In this document: piece by piece, positions 1-11,118 of the stretch
Numbering within the stretch: the stretch's first letter is position 1
Layout: every line of letters begins with the position of its first letter
NCBI GenBank assembly: GCA_950097015.1
Contig: CATNEN010000001.1
Location: 1,426,001-1,490,000, forward strand
Length of the DNA stretch: 64,000 nucleotides
Direction of reading: 5' to 3'
Source of the DNA: Macrostomum hystrix
Taxonomy: Eukaryota; Animalia; Platyhelminthes
Program-made: the position numbers and the translations under genes
The notes under the pieces: model-generated
Databases searched by the model: none
What the model was told of the DNA's origin: nothing
Seen by the model: only the letters and a program-made list of their open reading frames with translations

Positions 1-3000
1 TTAGATCCGCGATCTGTCACCGAGAAACAGCAGCCGCAGCAGCAGCAGCAAAAACAATATCAAAAGCAACAGTCGCTCTTTTCCAACTCTTCCGCCGCCT
101 CCGACAAAGACATTGACGATGACGACGCGTTCATTCCGGCGCCAGATCTGCCACCGATTGAGCGCATCAACACTGACCAGCTCAAGACCTCGGCTAACTT
201 GAGCGCGCGTCGGCTATTCGGCGAAGTCGATGACGATGACGACGAAGATGACGATGACGGGCCGCCGAATTTGGCCAGCGACTCGTCAGCTGCTGCGACA
301 AATGCGTCAGGGGTGGCAGCATCTGTTTCGCCTGTCGGTAGCAAACTATCTAAGCCTCCGCTTCTGCCGTCTGCTACTCCTACTGCTGCTCCTGCTCCTG
401 CTGCTGCTCCTGCTGCTGCTCCTGCTGCTGCTCCTGCTGCTGCTCCTGCTGCTGCTGCTGCTTCAGCTGCCGCGACTGCTGCATCTATTGCCACTGCGGC
501 GTCCGATCTAGAAGCCACAGCTGCTCATGCTCTAGCTCAGCTGAGTCAGCAGCGTCAGCCACCTCAGCAGCAACATCATCCAGTCGTTGCGCCTGCGCTT
601 CAGAAGCCGCTGCCGCCTGCGCCGCCGCAGACTCAACCGCACATCTCTCTGACTGGTCCAAGTATGCACCAGCATCAGCATCTGCAGCCGGCACAATTTC
701 AATTCGCTCCGTCTATCAATGTCATGCCAACGACGACTTCAAGTGCCGCTCGCCACGCTGATCATCAGAATCAACCGCAGCAGCAGCACATTAACCTTCG
801 GCCGCTCATTCCACCACCGCCGCCTTCAACAGCGTCCACTGTCACCGTGTCCTCATTGCCATCTTCGGCATCTGGCACGGCGACCCTGATTTCAACAGCT
901 GGCAAAATTGCCCAGCCGCCAGTTGTCACAACCGAGGCGCTGATTTCTATGCATCAGCCGCACGGAGGATCGGCTACTGCTGGAACTCTGTTACCCAAGC
1001 TCACGGTATCCATTGCCGAACAGCTTGCTAAAGATTCGCCAGCCGATTCTATTCAGCGGCAGCAGCAGCAGCACCAGCTTCTTGCCAATCCGACTCATTC
1101 AGGGCCTCCTTCGCTGCCTCCGCTACCACTGCCGCAGCAGCATCAGCAGCAGCAGCAGCAGCAGCAACCGCCGCCACTTACAGCTGCTACTATAAAACTG
1201 AGCCATCCAAATCCACTGATGCGGCCTCGGCTGGAATCGGACACGACTGTCAAACAAGCTGCCAACGCCACCATCGCCCCAGCCTCCGCCTCCGCCGCAG
1301 CTACCACCAAGAGCTGGGAGATGCACCTGGAGAATACCTTCAACGATGTGCTGACGACAACTGCTTCAGCTGTAGTGCCAACTGCTGCAGCTCTACCTGC
1401 ATCGTTGGCGCCTTGCGCTACCAGTGCTGTCGGCGTAACTGTTGCTCTTCAACAGCAACAGCAGCAGCTGCCGGCCTTGTCTCAGCCTCTGCCGGCAAAT
1501 CAGACCCTGCTTCATCCAGCGACAAGTCAGCACCAGCTGCACCAGCTTCAGCATCACCAGCATCATCAGCAGCATCAGGCACATCAGCCAACTATCTGCC
1601 TGACTGGTGGCTTGCTTATCAACAGTGCCAGCTCGATGCCTGCAGCTGCGCCTACTGTAGCGCCATACAATACCGTCAGCGTTGCTCAGCGTCCACCAAA
1701 GCCTGTGCGCAAGCAGCCTCAGCCCATGGAGGCTCTCGCACTGCAGCACATCGACGATATCATCGCCGATGTTTTGGAGGGTCGCGTCGACTTGGAGAAG
1801 TACATGGACAGAGAAAAGTATCGCCATCTGCACATTGAAGAGGCTTCCACGCCAGGACCTTCGCTGCAGCATCCACCGGCTCCTGTATCTGCTGGACCCG
1901 TGCTGTTTAACCAGGGCCCTCTGCCGCCACTGGCGCCTACGCCGCAGCCTCAGCTCCAGCAGCAGCTACAAAAGCCGATGCTAATTGATCAACTGCCGAT
2001 GCATCACCATCAGTCGCATCCTATTCAGCAGCAGCACCAGCAGCAGCATCTGCCAATTCAAACTCAACCTGGTGAAATCATTCTGCAACAGCAGCAGCAG
2101 CCGCAGCCACCAGTGGTGACCATGTGCTCCATGGCTCCACCTGTTATGCCAACACTGACAGACGTCTCTGCTGCAGCTACTATCGTTCAGCAGCCGCATC
2201 AGCCGATGATGCCACAGCAGCTTGGCGCGGCAGATCCAGCGGCGGCTGCGGCAGCTGCAGCCGCGGCAGCCTACAATCATCAGCAGCATCTGCATCAGCA
2301 TCAACAACAACAGCAACAGCAGCAACAACAACAGCAACAGCATCAACTACAAGCGGCCTTCTACATGCAGTACTTCAATCAGTATCACCATCCGGATTTG
2401 CTTTATCATCCTCACCATCATCCGGCTGCTGCAGCCGCTTACGCCGCTGCTGCTGCCTACCCTCAGCTGCAGCTGTTGCCCCCGAATGCGGCAACTCAGC
2501 AGCAGCAGCAACAGCAGCCGCCAGTGCCGCCGCCAACGCCACAACAACAGCAACAGCCCGTTGGCCAACCGCCTTCGGTCAGTCACCATCATGTTCAGCA
2601 TCATCTTCATCACCAGCAGCAGCCGCCTCTGCCGCCAACGCCTCAGCAGCAGCAGCCGCCGCCGCAGCCGCCGCAGCAACAGCAGCAGCAGCAGCAGCCG
2701 CCAGCCGCGCAATCCTCCCAACTCGAAGGACTACTGCGTCGTTATCCGGTTCGTTGGCAGGGCAAGATGGCGTTGAAAAACGACGAGGCGGGCGTACAGA
2801 TGCACTTTGTCTCCGGCAGCGAGGCGCTGGTCAAATCGGCCATGGAGCTGGCCGCCCCAGACGAGGCTCGGGTATTGAAAATTGTTCAACGCATGCGCAT
2901 GGAAGCTGCCCAGTTGGAAGGTGTCGAGCGCAAGATGGCTGACGAATCAGAATTCTGCATGCTGCTAGCTGTCGCCTGCGGCATCAACGCGCAAGATTAT

Positions 3001-3246
3001 CGGCGCCAGACTCACAGCCTGCGCGAGGCCTTCATCAAATACCTGCAAGAGAAGCAGGCCGCCGGCATCGTGAACGTTAACTATCCGGATTGTCAGGACC
3101 AGCCGGCCTATGTTGTGCACATCTTTCCGCCCGGGCCATTCGCCACAGCCAAGCTGAAGTTCTACGCAGCCGATCTCTATTCGAATTTGTTTCCTCAGCC
3201 GAATGCCGAAACTCCGCACCTGTTGGTTGTTGTCACCACTGTTTGA
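1..3246 (+). CDS. SPEN: SPEN/SHARP (split ends) transcriptional corepressor, 3' terminal exon with C-terminal SPOC domain (5' part outside window)
   Basis: Frame 1 is open from base 1 to TGA at 3246. A long Q/P/A/H low-complexity region is followed by a SPOC domain (about 2720-3243): LLRRYPVRWQGKMALKNDEAGVQMHFVSG...LKIVQRMRME...FIKYLQEKQAAGIVNV...YVVHIFPP...PHLLVVVTTV*. This matches SHARP LLKKYPIVWQGLLALKNDTAAVQLHFVSG...PHLMIVIASV. Confidence 0.93.
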   Translation, partial: LDPRSVTEKQQPQQQQQKQYQKQQSLFSNSSAASDKDIDDDDAFIPAPDLPPIERINTDQLKTSANLSARRLFGEVDDDDDEDDDDGPPNLASDSSAAATNASGVAASVSPVGSKLSKPPLLPSATPTAAPAPAAAPAAAPAAAPAAAPAAAAASAAATAASIATAASDLEATAAHALAQLSQQRQPPQQQHHPVVAPALQKPLPPAPPQTQPHISLTGPSMHQHQHLQPAQFQFAPSINVMPTTTSSAARHADHQNQPQQQHINLRPLIPPPPPSTASTVTVSSLPSSASGTATLISTAGKIAQPPVVTTEALISMHQPHGGSATAGTLLPKLTVSIAEQLAKDSPADSIQRQQQQHQLLANPTHSGPPSLPPLPLPQQHQQQQQQQQPPPLTAATIKLSHPNPLMRPRLESDTTVKQAANATIAPASASAAATTKSWEMHLENTFNDVLTTTASAVVPTAAALPASLAPCATSAVGVTVALQQQQQQLPALSQPLPANQTLLHPATSQHQLHQLQHHQHHQQHQAHQPTICLTGGLLINSASSMPAAAPTVAPYNTVSVAQRPPKPVRKQPQPMEALALQHIDDIIADVLEGRVDLEKYMDREKYRHLHIEEASTPGPSLQHPPAPVSAGPVLFNQGPLPPLAPTPQPQLQQQLQKPMLIDQLPMHHHQSHPIQQQHQQQHLPIQTQPGEIILQQQQQPQPPVVTMCSMAPPVMPTLTDVSAAATIVQQPHQPMMPQQLGAADPAAAAAAAAAAAYNHQQHLHQHQQQQQQQQQQQQQHQLQAAFYMQYFNQYHHPDLLYHPHHHPAAAAAYAAAAAYPQLQLLPPNAATQQQQQQQPPVPPPTPQQQQQPVGQPPSVSHHHVQHHLHHQQQPPLPPTPQQQQPPPQPPQQQQQQQQPPAAQSSQLEGLLRRYPVRWQGKMALKNDEAGVQMHFVSGSEALVKSAMELAAPDEARVLKIVQRMRMEAAQLEGVERKMADESEFCMLLAVACGINAQDYRRQTHSLREAFIKYLQEKQAAGIVNVNYPDCQDQPAYVVHIFPPGPFATAKLKFYAADLYSNLFPQPNAETPHLLVVVTTV

Positions 3247-6152
3247 TCGTCACCCCGTGTGTGTAGAGAGTCACATTCTGATTCCATTCTGTTTCCCTGC
3301 CGCTGCTGCTTGTTCCTTTTGTTTGTCTGTTTGGTTCAAATCGCGTCAATAGAAAAAGTCTCAATTTATCATCTAAATTAAATTGGCAAATTTTAAACGG
3401 AACGTCTGTTTGTTATAAATTACAATCCTTGAAATCGATATATTTGGCGCGAATTTGAAATCGTTTACAAACAAAATTTTGCTTAAATTCTTAAAATTCT
3501 TCAAATCTTAACCTGGGGTTGCTGTGTTGTCATTTTTTACCAGTTTATTTTAATTTCAATGTGTCGCCGATTGTATTTTTTTAACAAGCAAATTAAACTG
3601 TTGCATCGTCATCCAACCCTTTGAATTTTTTGCTTTTTCTGCGTTTGTCAATTTTATCATCCTAGCCCATGTAGTAACTGAGTAGTCCGCTTGTAAATAA
3701 TGGGAATAATAATAATTGTTTTGTGTGGGGATAATTTTTGCTTCTTTGCTGAAATGAAAATTCATAACTGAGCGGCAGCCATTAGCTTGTGTTACTGTGT
3801 CATTTTCTTCTTCCTAATAACTTTAGTAGTATATATCAGTAATAGTAATGGTATAAATAATGATTATTTTTAATAATTCAGATGTTGCCGCCCGTTGTTA
3901 TCTCTGTCTATCTTTGCGTCGCGTCTTGCATAACAGCCCTGCACTAGCACACACTCACACACATGCACGGGCACATGTTTGCTTGTTTGTTTGTTTATCT
4001 ATATTGTCTTTGTCTTGGCTCTGCTTGTATTCGCTTACATTTTTGAAACAACAGAAATATGCTGTTTTCTTTTTGTTAATCTTTTATTTTTTCGTCAACT
4101 TTTCTTGTCTGCCGCAGTTTTTGTCTGTATAGAATAATAACAAAATGTCATGCCATGTCACTCTTGTACAAAGGCTATAGCTGTTTACTATTATATTATA
4201 AAACCATATTTTACTTGTACTACTATTGTAATTGTTAATTTACTAAATTGCTCTTGTTATTGTTATTAATATTAATTATAAGTACTATTGTTGTTTGTGA
4301 GGCTGGCAGAGAAAATTTTTATTGTAATCCGACAAATAACCAACGTTGTGCGTTTTTTGTATCATTTTTAAAGAAAGTTGAATCAGAAATTGATTGCTGC
4401 TTAATAAAAACAAATAGTTTCATAATTTATCTACTTGAATTGCAACTAGCTGTGACACGGTGGATACAGAAAACAAATTAGTAATCACAGAATTAACCAA
4501 TCTGCTTTTTCTTGTCTAGCTCATTTCATTCATTCGTTTGTTAAACTGTTTGTTTGTTTGTTTGTTCGCTTGCTCGATTGCTTTTTCTGAGAGACAGAGA
4601 GAGAGAGAGAGCGCGAGATGCAAAAAATCTTTACCAGAAGAAAATCTTGTAGCCAAGCAATGTACACTCCTAGTAGACTGCGCTGTGTTGTGTGTGCATC
4701 TGCTTTCAGCCAGGCTTCTAGCTTTTAGTCACGTTTTCTGAAGCCAGTAAAAGCTGAACCGGCCCCCTCTCTCTCTCTTTTCTGCTTTCCTAAGTCTGGC
4801 GTGTTTGTGCGTGCTTATTCTGCTTTTTCTGTACAGTGAGTGTACACTGCGAGGCCTTAGTAAAAGAAGAGACTAAGCTAGAGGGACAGGGGGGTCGATA
4901 GCCTCCTGCTTTCCTGCCTGAATGCAGCAATGCGAAACACTGCTATAGGCCTGACCAACAGACCGAGGCAGTCCTCAGCTTTCTCAGGTCCATTATTTAC
5001 AAACCCTACAAAAAATGATCTATAGCTATAGACCAGCGATGAGCTAATACTTGCTCAATGTACCAACATGTCGCCCAATGTGCCAACATTAAATATTACT
5101 TTAATAGATTTTTTGCCAACCAACCGAAGATAAGAGAAAAGCTTTAGCTCAAACTATAATAGTGAAGGAATCTTTTGAATCATTGAAAAAGCTAATCTAT
5201 GTAAGACTAAAGCGACTTGACCCGGTTTGCTGAACTCAAAAAGCTTTGAGTATAGTGTAGCTTTACGCTTTATTAATGGCAGAATTGCAGCACTGGAGAT
5301 CGCGAAATAGATAGCACATTCCTATTGGCTTTAAAAAGGAGCTGCTATACTGTAAAAAGAAGATACAACTGCCGAATTCTCTCCCTCCATGATCTGCCAT
5401 GCGTGGGGATTAGTGAGAATTGTTCCATGGCAATCTGATTTCCCCTTTTATTTTCCGCACGAACCAAAAAGGAGCTGCTGCAAGGGATATTAATCGTACT
5501 AAGCAGGATTTCTTTGACAGCGGGGCGGGGCTGAGGGTGGAGACACGACGTACATCTATAGGGATCGGACCAAGGAATGGGATTTGGGAATTGGGAATAT
5601 ACAGTCGAGGCGCGAGTGCAGCCGTGGGGAGAAAGAAATTCTGATGTAAAAAAATGCATGGGCCTTAGGGGGGTTGCTGGCGTATAAAGCGTGAATCATT
5701 GCTGCGTCACAAGTTGGAACGATTTTACTATGTAATATTGTCATGCACTGACAACTCTACTGCTGAACTATTATCAGTAGCATAATGAGCACATTGTTGC
5801 ACTTTTCTGGTTCATTTAAATACGAAACTGGGTGCGGCTTAAGGTCAGGTAAATTTGAGCATCATCTATTCAATTGTTGTCGTTTTAGAAAAAACGACAG
5901 AAATTTCTAGAAGAATCTGACCTACACAATGTGACAGAACTGTAATACGTATGCATAGGACTGTACACACAGGGCGTAATAACAATAATAACAATAAGTA
6001 TTAACAATAATACTTATCATTATTATTGTTAACCATTTTTACTATCTTGGATGCTGCACATGTAAATAAAACTTCTCTTGAGTTGTGCATAAAAGCTCAA
6101 AGTGTTCAGAATCATTGGCCCTTGAAGTTTTCAAAGCTTTAATAAAAGATAT

Positions 6153-7450
6153 CTATTAGATATGGATTTGAATCTGTTAGATATTGAATAGTGTCTGTTA
6201 GATATGAAATAGTGTCTGTTAGATATGGAATAGCATCTGTTAGATATGGAATAGCATCTGTTAGATATGGAATAGCATCTGTTAGATATGGAATAGTGTC
6301 TGTTAGATATGGAATAGTGTCTGTTAGATATGGAATAGTGTCTGTTAGATATGGAATAGTGTCTGTTAGATATGGAATAGTGTATGTTAGATATGGAATA
6401 GCATCTGTTAGATATGGAATATCATCTGTTAGATATGGAATATCATCTGTTAGATATGGAATATCATCTGTTAGATATGGATTTGAATCTGTTAGATATG
6501 GAATAGTGTCTGTTAGATATGGAATAGCATCTGTTAGATATGGAATAGTGTCTGTTAGATATGGAATAGTGTCTGTTAGATATGGAATAGTGTCTGTTAG
6601 ATATGGAATATCATCTGTTAGATATGGAATAGTGTCTCTTAGATATGGAATAGCATCTGTTAGATGTGGAATAGCATCTGTTAGATATGGAATAGTGTCT
6701 GTTAGATATGGAATAGCATCTGTTAGATATGGAATAGTGTCTGTTAGATATGGAATAGTGTCTGTTAGATATGGAATAGTGTCTGTTAGATATGGAATAG
6801 TGTCTGTTAGATATGGAATAGTGTCTGTTAGATATGGAATAGTGTCTGTTAGATATGGAATATCATCTGTTAGATATGGAATAGTGTCTGTTAGATATGG
6901 AATAGTGTCTGTTAGATATGGAATAGCATCTGTTAGATGTGGAATAGCATCTGTTAGATATGGAATATCATCTGTTAGATATGGAATAGCATCTGTTAGA
7001 TATGGAATAGTGTCTGTTAGATATGGAATAGTGTCTGTTAGATATGGAATAGTGTCTGTTAGATATGGAATAGCATCTGTTAGATATGGAATATCATCTG
7101 TTAGATATGGAATAGCATCTGTTAGATATGGAATAGTGTCTGTTAGATATGGAATAGCATCTATTAGATATGGAATAGCATCTGTTAGATATGGAATAGC
7201 ATCTGTTAGATATGGAATAGTGTCTGTTAGATATGGAATAGTGTCTGTTAGATATGGAATAGCATCTGTTAGATATGGAATAGTGTCTGTTAGATAAGGA
7301 ATAGTGTCTGTTAGATATGGAATAGTGTCTGTTAGATATGGAATAGTGTCTGTTAGATAAGGAATAGTGTCTGTTAGATATGGAATAGTGTCTGTTAGAT
7401 ATGGAATAGTGTCTGTTAGATATGGAATAGCATCTGTTAGATACAATTCA
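6153..7450. repeat. 21-bp minisatellite (TCTGTTAGATATGGAATAGTG with GCA/TCA variants), about 60 copies
   Basis: Tandem units read directly; source of the spurious YLTDTIP and SVRYGIV ORFs. Confidence 0.97.
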
Positions 7451-8059
7451 TCTGATAGATGTGAAGTTCGAGTGTATTACGAGTAGTTTTACACCTGTTA
7501 AACTAGATACAAGCCAGTTTATTTATTATTAGTTCACCACTACAGAAACTATAGTTATAAATTCGTCACTGTCACACATCTCTCTGTTGCTTAGGGTCAG
7601 AATTTAGCCTATAAGCAATATAGGCTCATTGCATTGCATACAATTTCTCAAAGTCTCAAACGCCATGTTTACTCAATTTGAGGTATCGGGACGCACAATG
7701 GGTGGCTATGAAAGCTGGACTTGGTTTATTGGCTGGGGCACTGCATGGCGCCGTATCTACACAGATTGAGCGCTAGCAATTGTCTGTCTAGTTTTAAGCA
7801 TCTATTTTAATTCTGTTTTACGATGGCCTTAGAGACAACAACACTTGGATGCAACCCCAGGTAGCAGGCAAAGTGGAACGAGGCGTTGTTCGAGTATTTA
7901 ATATTAAGCAAGAAACACAAAAGCTTCAGTGTAAGCCTCAGTCACAAGAGAATCTTGTGTCAGCCTGCTTAACCACCTGATTAGACTGCAACAATTACAG
8001 CCTGCGTTGTTGGGGTGAGTCAGATTCTTGTTTTTGAATTTTCGCTTCGATTCAAAATA

Positions 8060-9187
8060 CTCTGTCCCTCCCTCTGTCACTCTGTCACTCTGTCCCTCCC
8101 TCTGTCACTCTGTCACTGTCACTCTGTCACTCTGTCACTCCCTCTGTCACTCTGTCACTCTGTCCCTCCCTCTGTCACTGTCACTCTGTCACTCCCTCTG
8201 TCACTCTGTCACTCCCTCTGTCACTCTGTCACTCTGTCACTCTGTCAATCTGTCACTCTGTCACTCTGTTACTCTGTCACTCTGTCACTCCCTCTGTCAT
8301 TCTGTCACTCTGTCCCTCCCTCTGTCACTCCCACTGTCACTCTATCCCTCCCTCTGCCACTCTGTCACTCTGTCACTCTGTCACTCTGTCCCTCCCTCTG
8401 TCACTCTGTCACTCTGTCCCTCCCTCTGTCACCCTGCCACTCTGTCCCTCACTCTGTCACTCTGTTACTCTGTCACTCTGTTACTCTTTCACTCTGGTAC
8501 TCTGTCCCTCACTCTGTCACTCTGGTACTCTGTCCCTCACTCTGTCACTCTGTCCCTCACTCTGTCACTCTGGTACTCTGTCCCTCACTCTGTCACTCTG
8601 TCCCTCACTCTGTCACTCTGGTACTCTGTCCCTCACTCTGTCACTCTGTCCCTCCCTCTATCACTCTGTTACTCTGTCACTCTGTTACTCTTTCACTCTG
8701 TTACTCTGTCACTCTGTTACTCTGTCACACTGTTACTCTGTTACTCTGTCACTTTGTCCCTCCCTCTGTCACTCTGTCACTCTGTCCCTCCCTCTGTCAC
8801 TCTGTCACTCTGTACCTCACTCTGTCACTCTGTACCTCACTCTGTCACTCCCTCTGTCACTCTGTCACTCTGTCACTCCCTCTGTCACTCTTTCACTCTG
8901 TCACTCTGTCACTCTGTCACTCTGTCACTCTTTTACTCTGTCACTCTGTTACTCTGTCACTCTGTCACTCTGTCACTCTGTCACTCTGTCACTCTGTCAC
9001 TCTGTCACTCTGTCACTCTGTCACTCTGTTACTCTGTCACTCTGTTACTCTGCCACTCTGTTACTCTGTCACTCTGTCACTCTGTCACTCTGTCACTCTG
9101 TCACTCTGTTACTCTGTCACTCTGTTACTCTGCCACTCTGTTACTCTGTCACTCTGTCACTCTGTCACTCTGTCACTCTGTCACTCA
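8060..9187. repeat. 8-bp (CTCTGTCA)n degenerate array, probably intronic
   Basis: Tandem units read directly; bracketed by a GTGAGT donor at 8015 and a pyrimidine tract plus AG acceptor at 9227-9228. Confidence 0.95.
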
Positions 9188-9228
9188 CTGCATAGAACTA
9201 GAAATAAATTGCTTTTCTTTTAATTTAG

Positions 9229-9930
9229 CAATACGCCGATCGACACGATCAAATAATGTCGCCAAGGAGGCATCCGACGTTGCCATCGTCAAGGAAGCGT
9301 CGGATAGCGGAGCCAATGGAGACGCCGCAGCCGCCAAGGCAGCCGGTTCAACAAGCTGGCACATTCGAGTCATCGGCAGTGACAGAGATTGAAGAACTGC
9401 TTCCGTTTGACCGATCGACAACCGGATTGACCCGACTAAAATCAGAAAGCAGCAGCAGCAGCAGCAGCAGCGGCGCCAGTAGCAGCCCTGATTTCTCGCT
9501 AAACCAAGAAAACCCATCAGACTTCGGGTTCGATGATGAGCTGGAATTCCTTTTCGAAGGCCTGCCGCCGCTACCGATGCCGCCGCCACCGCCACCGCCG
9601 CCTCGTCAGCGAACTCGCAGTGCTGAACCTGCGCCAGCCATTCTGGACTGTCTCGCCATCGAAGATTCCATCGATAAACTAGTTCGTGGACAGCAGCAGC
9701 AGCAGAAACGGCAGCGCATGATGTCCGAGTATCAGCCGCCAGCAGCTGCTCTGTCATCAACTGCCGCTGCTCAAGCCATGCTCTGCAATGTCAACGGCCT
9801 GCTGGCCTCGGCGAGAAGGCTCAACTCGGAGACTAGCCTGCTGAAGCTGCAGGCTGCCCGGCTAGTTGACGATGTCATGTCATCGAAGCGACGTCGGCTG
9901 CAGGCGGATGAGAAGCCGAATAGTGTCTGA
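9229..9930 (+). CDS. Uncharacterised protein, terminal exon (224 aa from ATG 9256)
   Basis: Non-repetitive GC-rich ORF with codon style like neighbouring exons. Acceptor TTTTAATTTAG| lies at 9228 in frame with ATG 9256, and AATAAA follows at 9946. Acidic/hydrophobic patches and a C-terminal KRRR; no recognisable domain; upstream exons unresolved. Confidence 0.6.
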   Translation, partial: QYADRHDQIMSPRRHPTLPSSRKRRIAEPMETPQPPRQPVQQAGTFESSAVTEIEELLPFDRSTTGLTRLKSESSSSSSSSGASSSPDFSLNQENPSDFGFDDELEFLFEGLPPLPMPPPPPPPPRQRTRSAEPAPAILDCLAIEDSIDKLVRGQQQQQKRQRMMSEYQPPAAALSSTAAAQAMLCNVNGLLASARRLNSETSLLKLQAARLVDDVMSSKRRRLQADEKPNSV

Positions 9931-11118
9931 ATAATTAACAGTTTTAATAAATTTTTATATCAGATTTTCTTATTTACCAAACACTTTAAATACTAAGCAC
10001 GTTGTTGCACTGTACAAAAACATTTTTCAGTTCCATCTTCTTTACACTTTTCTCAAAGTTAAATCTAGATGAATTAAGGCTGCCTATGAATTTAATTTGA
10101 GGTGAGACAATTTGTATTCACGCCAAGTGTTTCTAACTGTTATTCATACCGGAGTTTTGGAGTTTCTATATAGCTCGTATCAGACTCTCGTATGACCATA
10201 GCGATACCGATTAAATGTAATTAATTATATTCGCATTTGATAAAAAACGTCAAAACAGCGCGCACTTCTTTTCTGAAGGACGCCTATAAAAATGCAGTAT
10301 TTTATATACTATATACTATTTTACTTGTCATTATTTATTATGTCCTAGAGGATCATGTACTCGTTTACAATATGACGCTAATTGTTAATTCTACAAGTAA
10401 AATGTATATGACAATTCGCATGTGAAGGCAGCTCCTTCAAAAGTGTAACACTTGCATATGCCAGGCCTCACAAGAGTATACAACAATGTTATATTACAAT
10501 ATACAAATGCAAAATACCTTCAATAACGTTATAACTATTAAACGTTAAAACTATTAATACATTTCAGCGCTATTCTTCAGTTTATCTACGAGTTTATTAG
10601 GGGCCAGGGTTCAGTTCGCTTGCTTGTGCATTGAGCTCGATCATTTAATCATTTACATGCACTAATTAAAATGATCATTTACACAAGGCATGATAACTAA
10701 GAAACTATCGTATCGTTCAAATGCATACCAAGGACCACTAGACTTCTTCATTAGTGGTCATTGATAGCATTACATCTTTGATACATTTAGACATATTACA
10801 TCCATACATATACAGGCAAAACATAATGAATTATTGAATTATCTAATTTACGACAAGGCTAACTTTATACTTGCAAGTTAAAAGGCACTTGACGTAAAAT
10901 TATGTCAAAAAACTGTAAGTTTTTTGTCTAACTGTTTCGCAAGTCTTACTTCGTAAGTAGAGTTTGTTTTAATTCGATACGCTTTATTGTATTGCGAAAA
11001 TTCAGTTTTGTAGTCGGTTCTTATTTTATTTATCTCGACATGACTTATTCGTGACTGGCTTTTCTTTATACTATTATTATTATTTTTAGCTGTATCATCA
11101 ACATCCATATTGTTTAAA

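Noticed and set aside
60-2942. Overlapping alternative-frame and antisense ORFs in SPEN
   Set aside because: Expected by-products of CAG/GCT-rich coding sequence that is poor in stop codons.
4910-4955. Hammerhead-ribozyme-like CTGAAT-GCAGCAATGC-GAAAC
   Set aside because: Lacks the conserved CUGAnGA core (G8/A9) and convincing stems I and III.
5345-5744. Short ORFs downstream of SPEN
   Set aside because: No domain, splice or codon-style support.
6139-9223. Repetitive ORFs (YLTDTIP)n, (SVRYGIV)n and (LCHSVTLS)n
   Set aside because: Minisatellite translations with no unique coding flanks. The same applies to ORFs at 12293, 16523, 18591, 23007, 24216-25205, 37441-38267, 43927, 50808, 54034-54731, 58103 and 63756.
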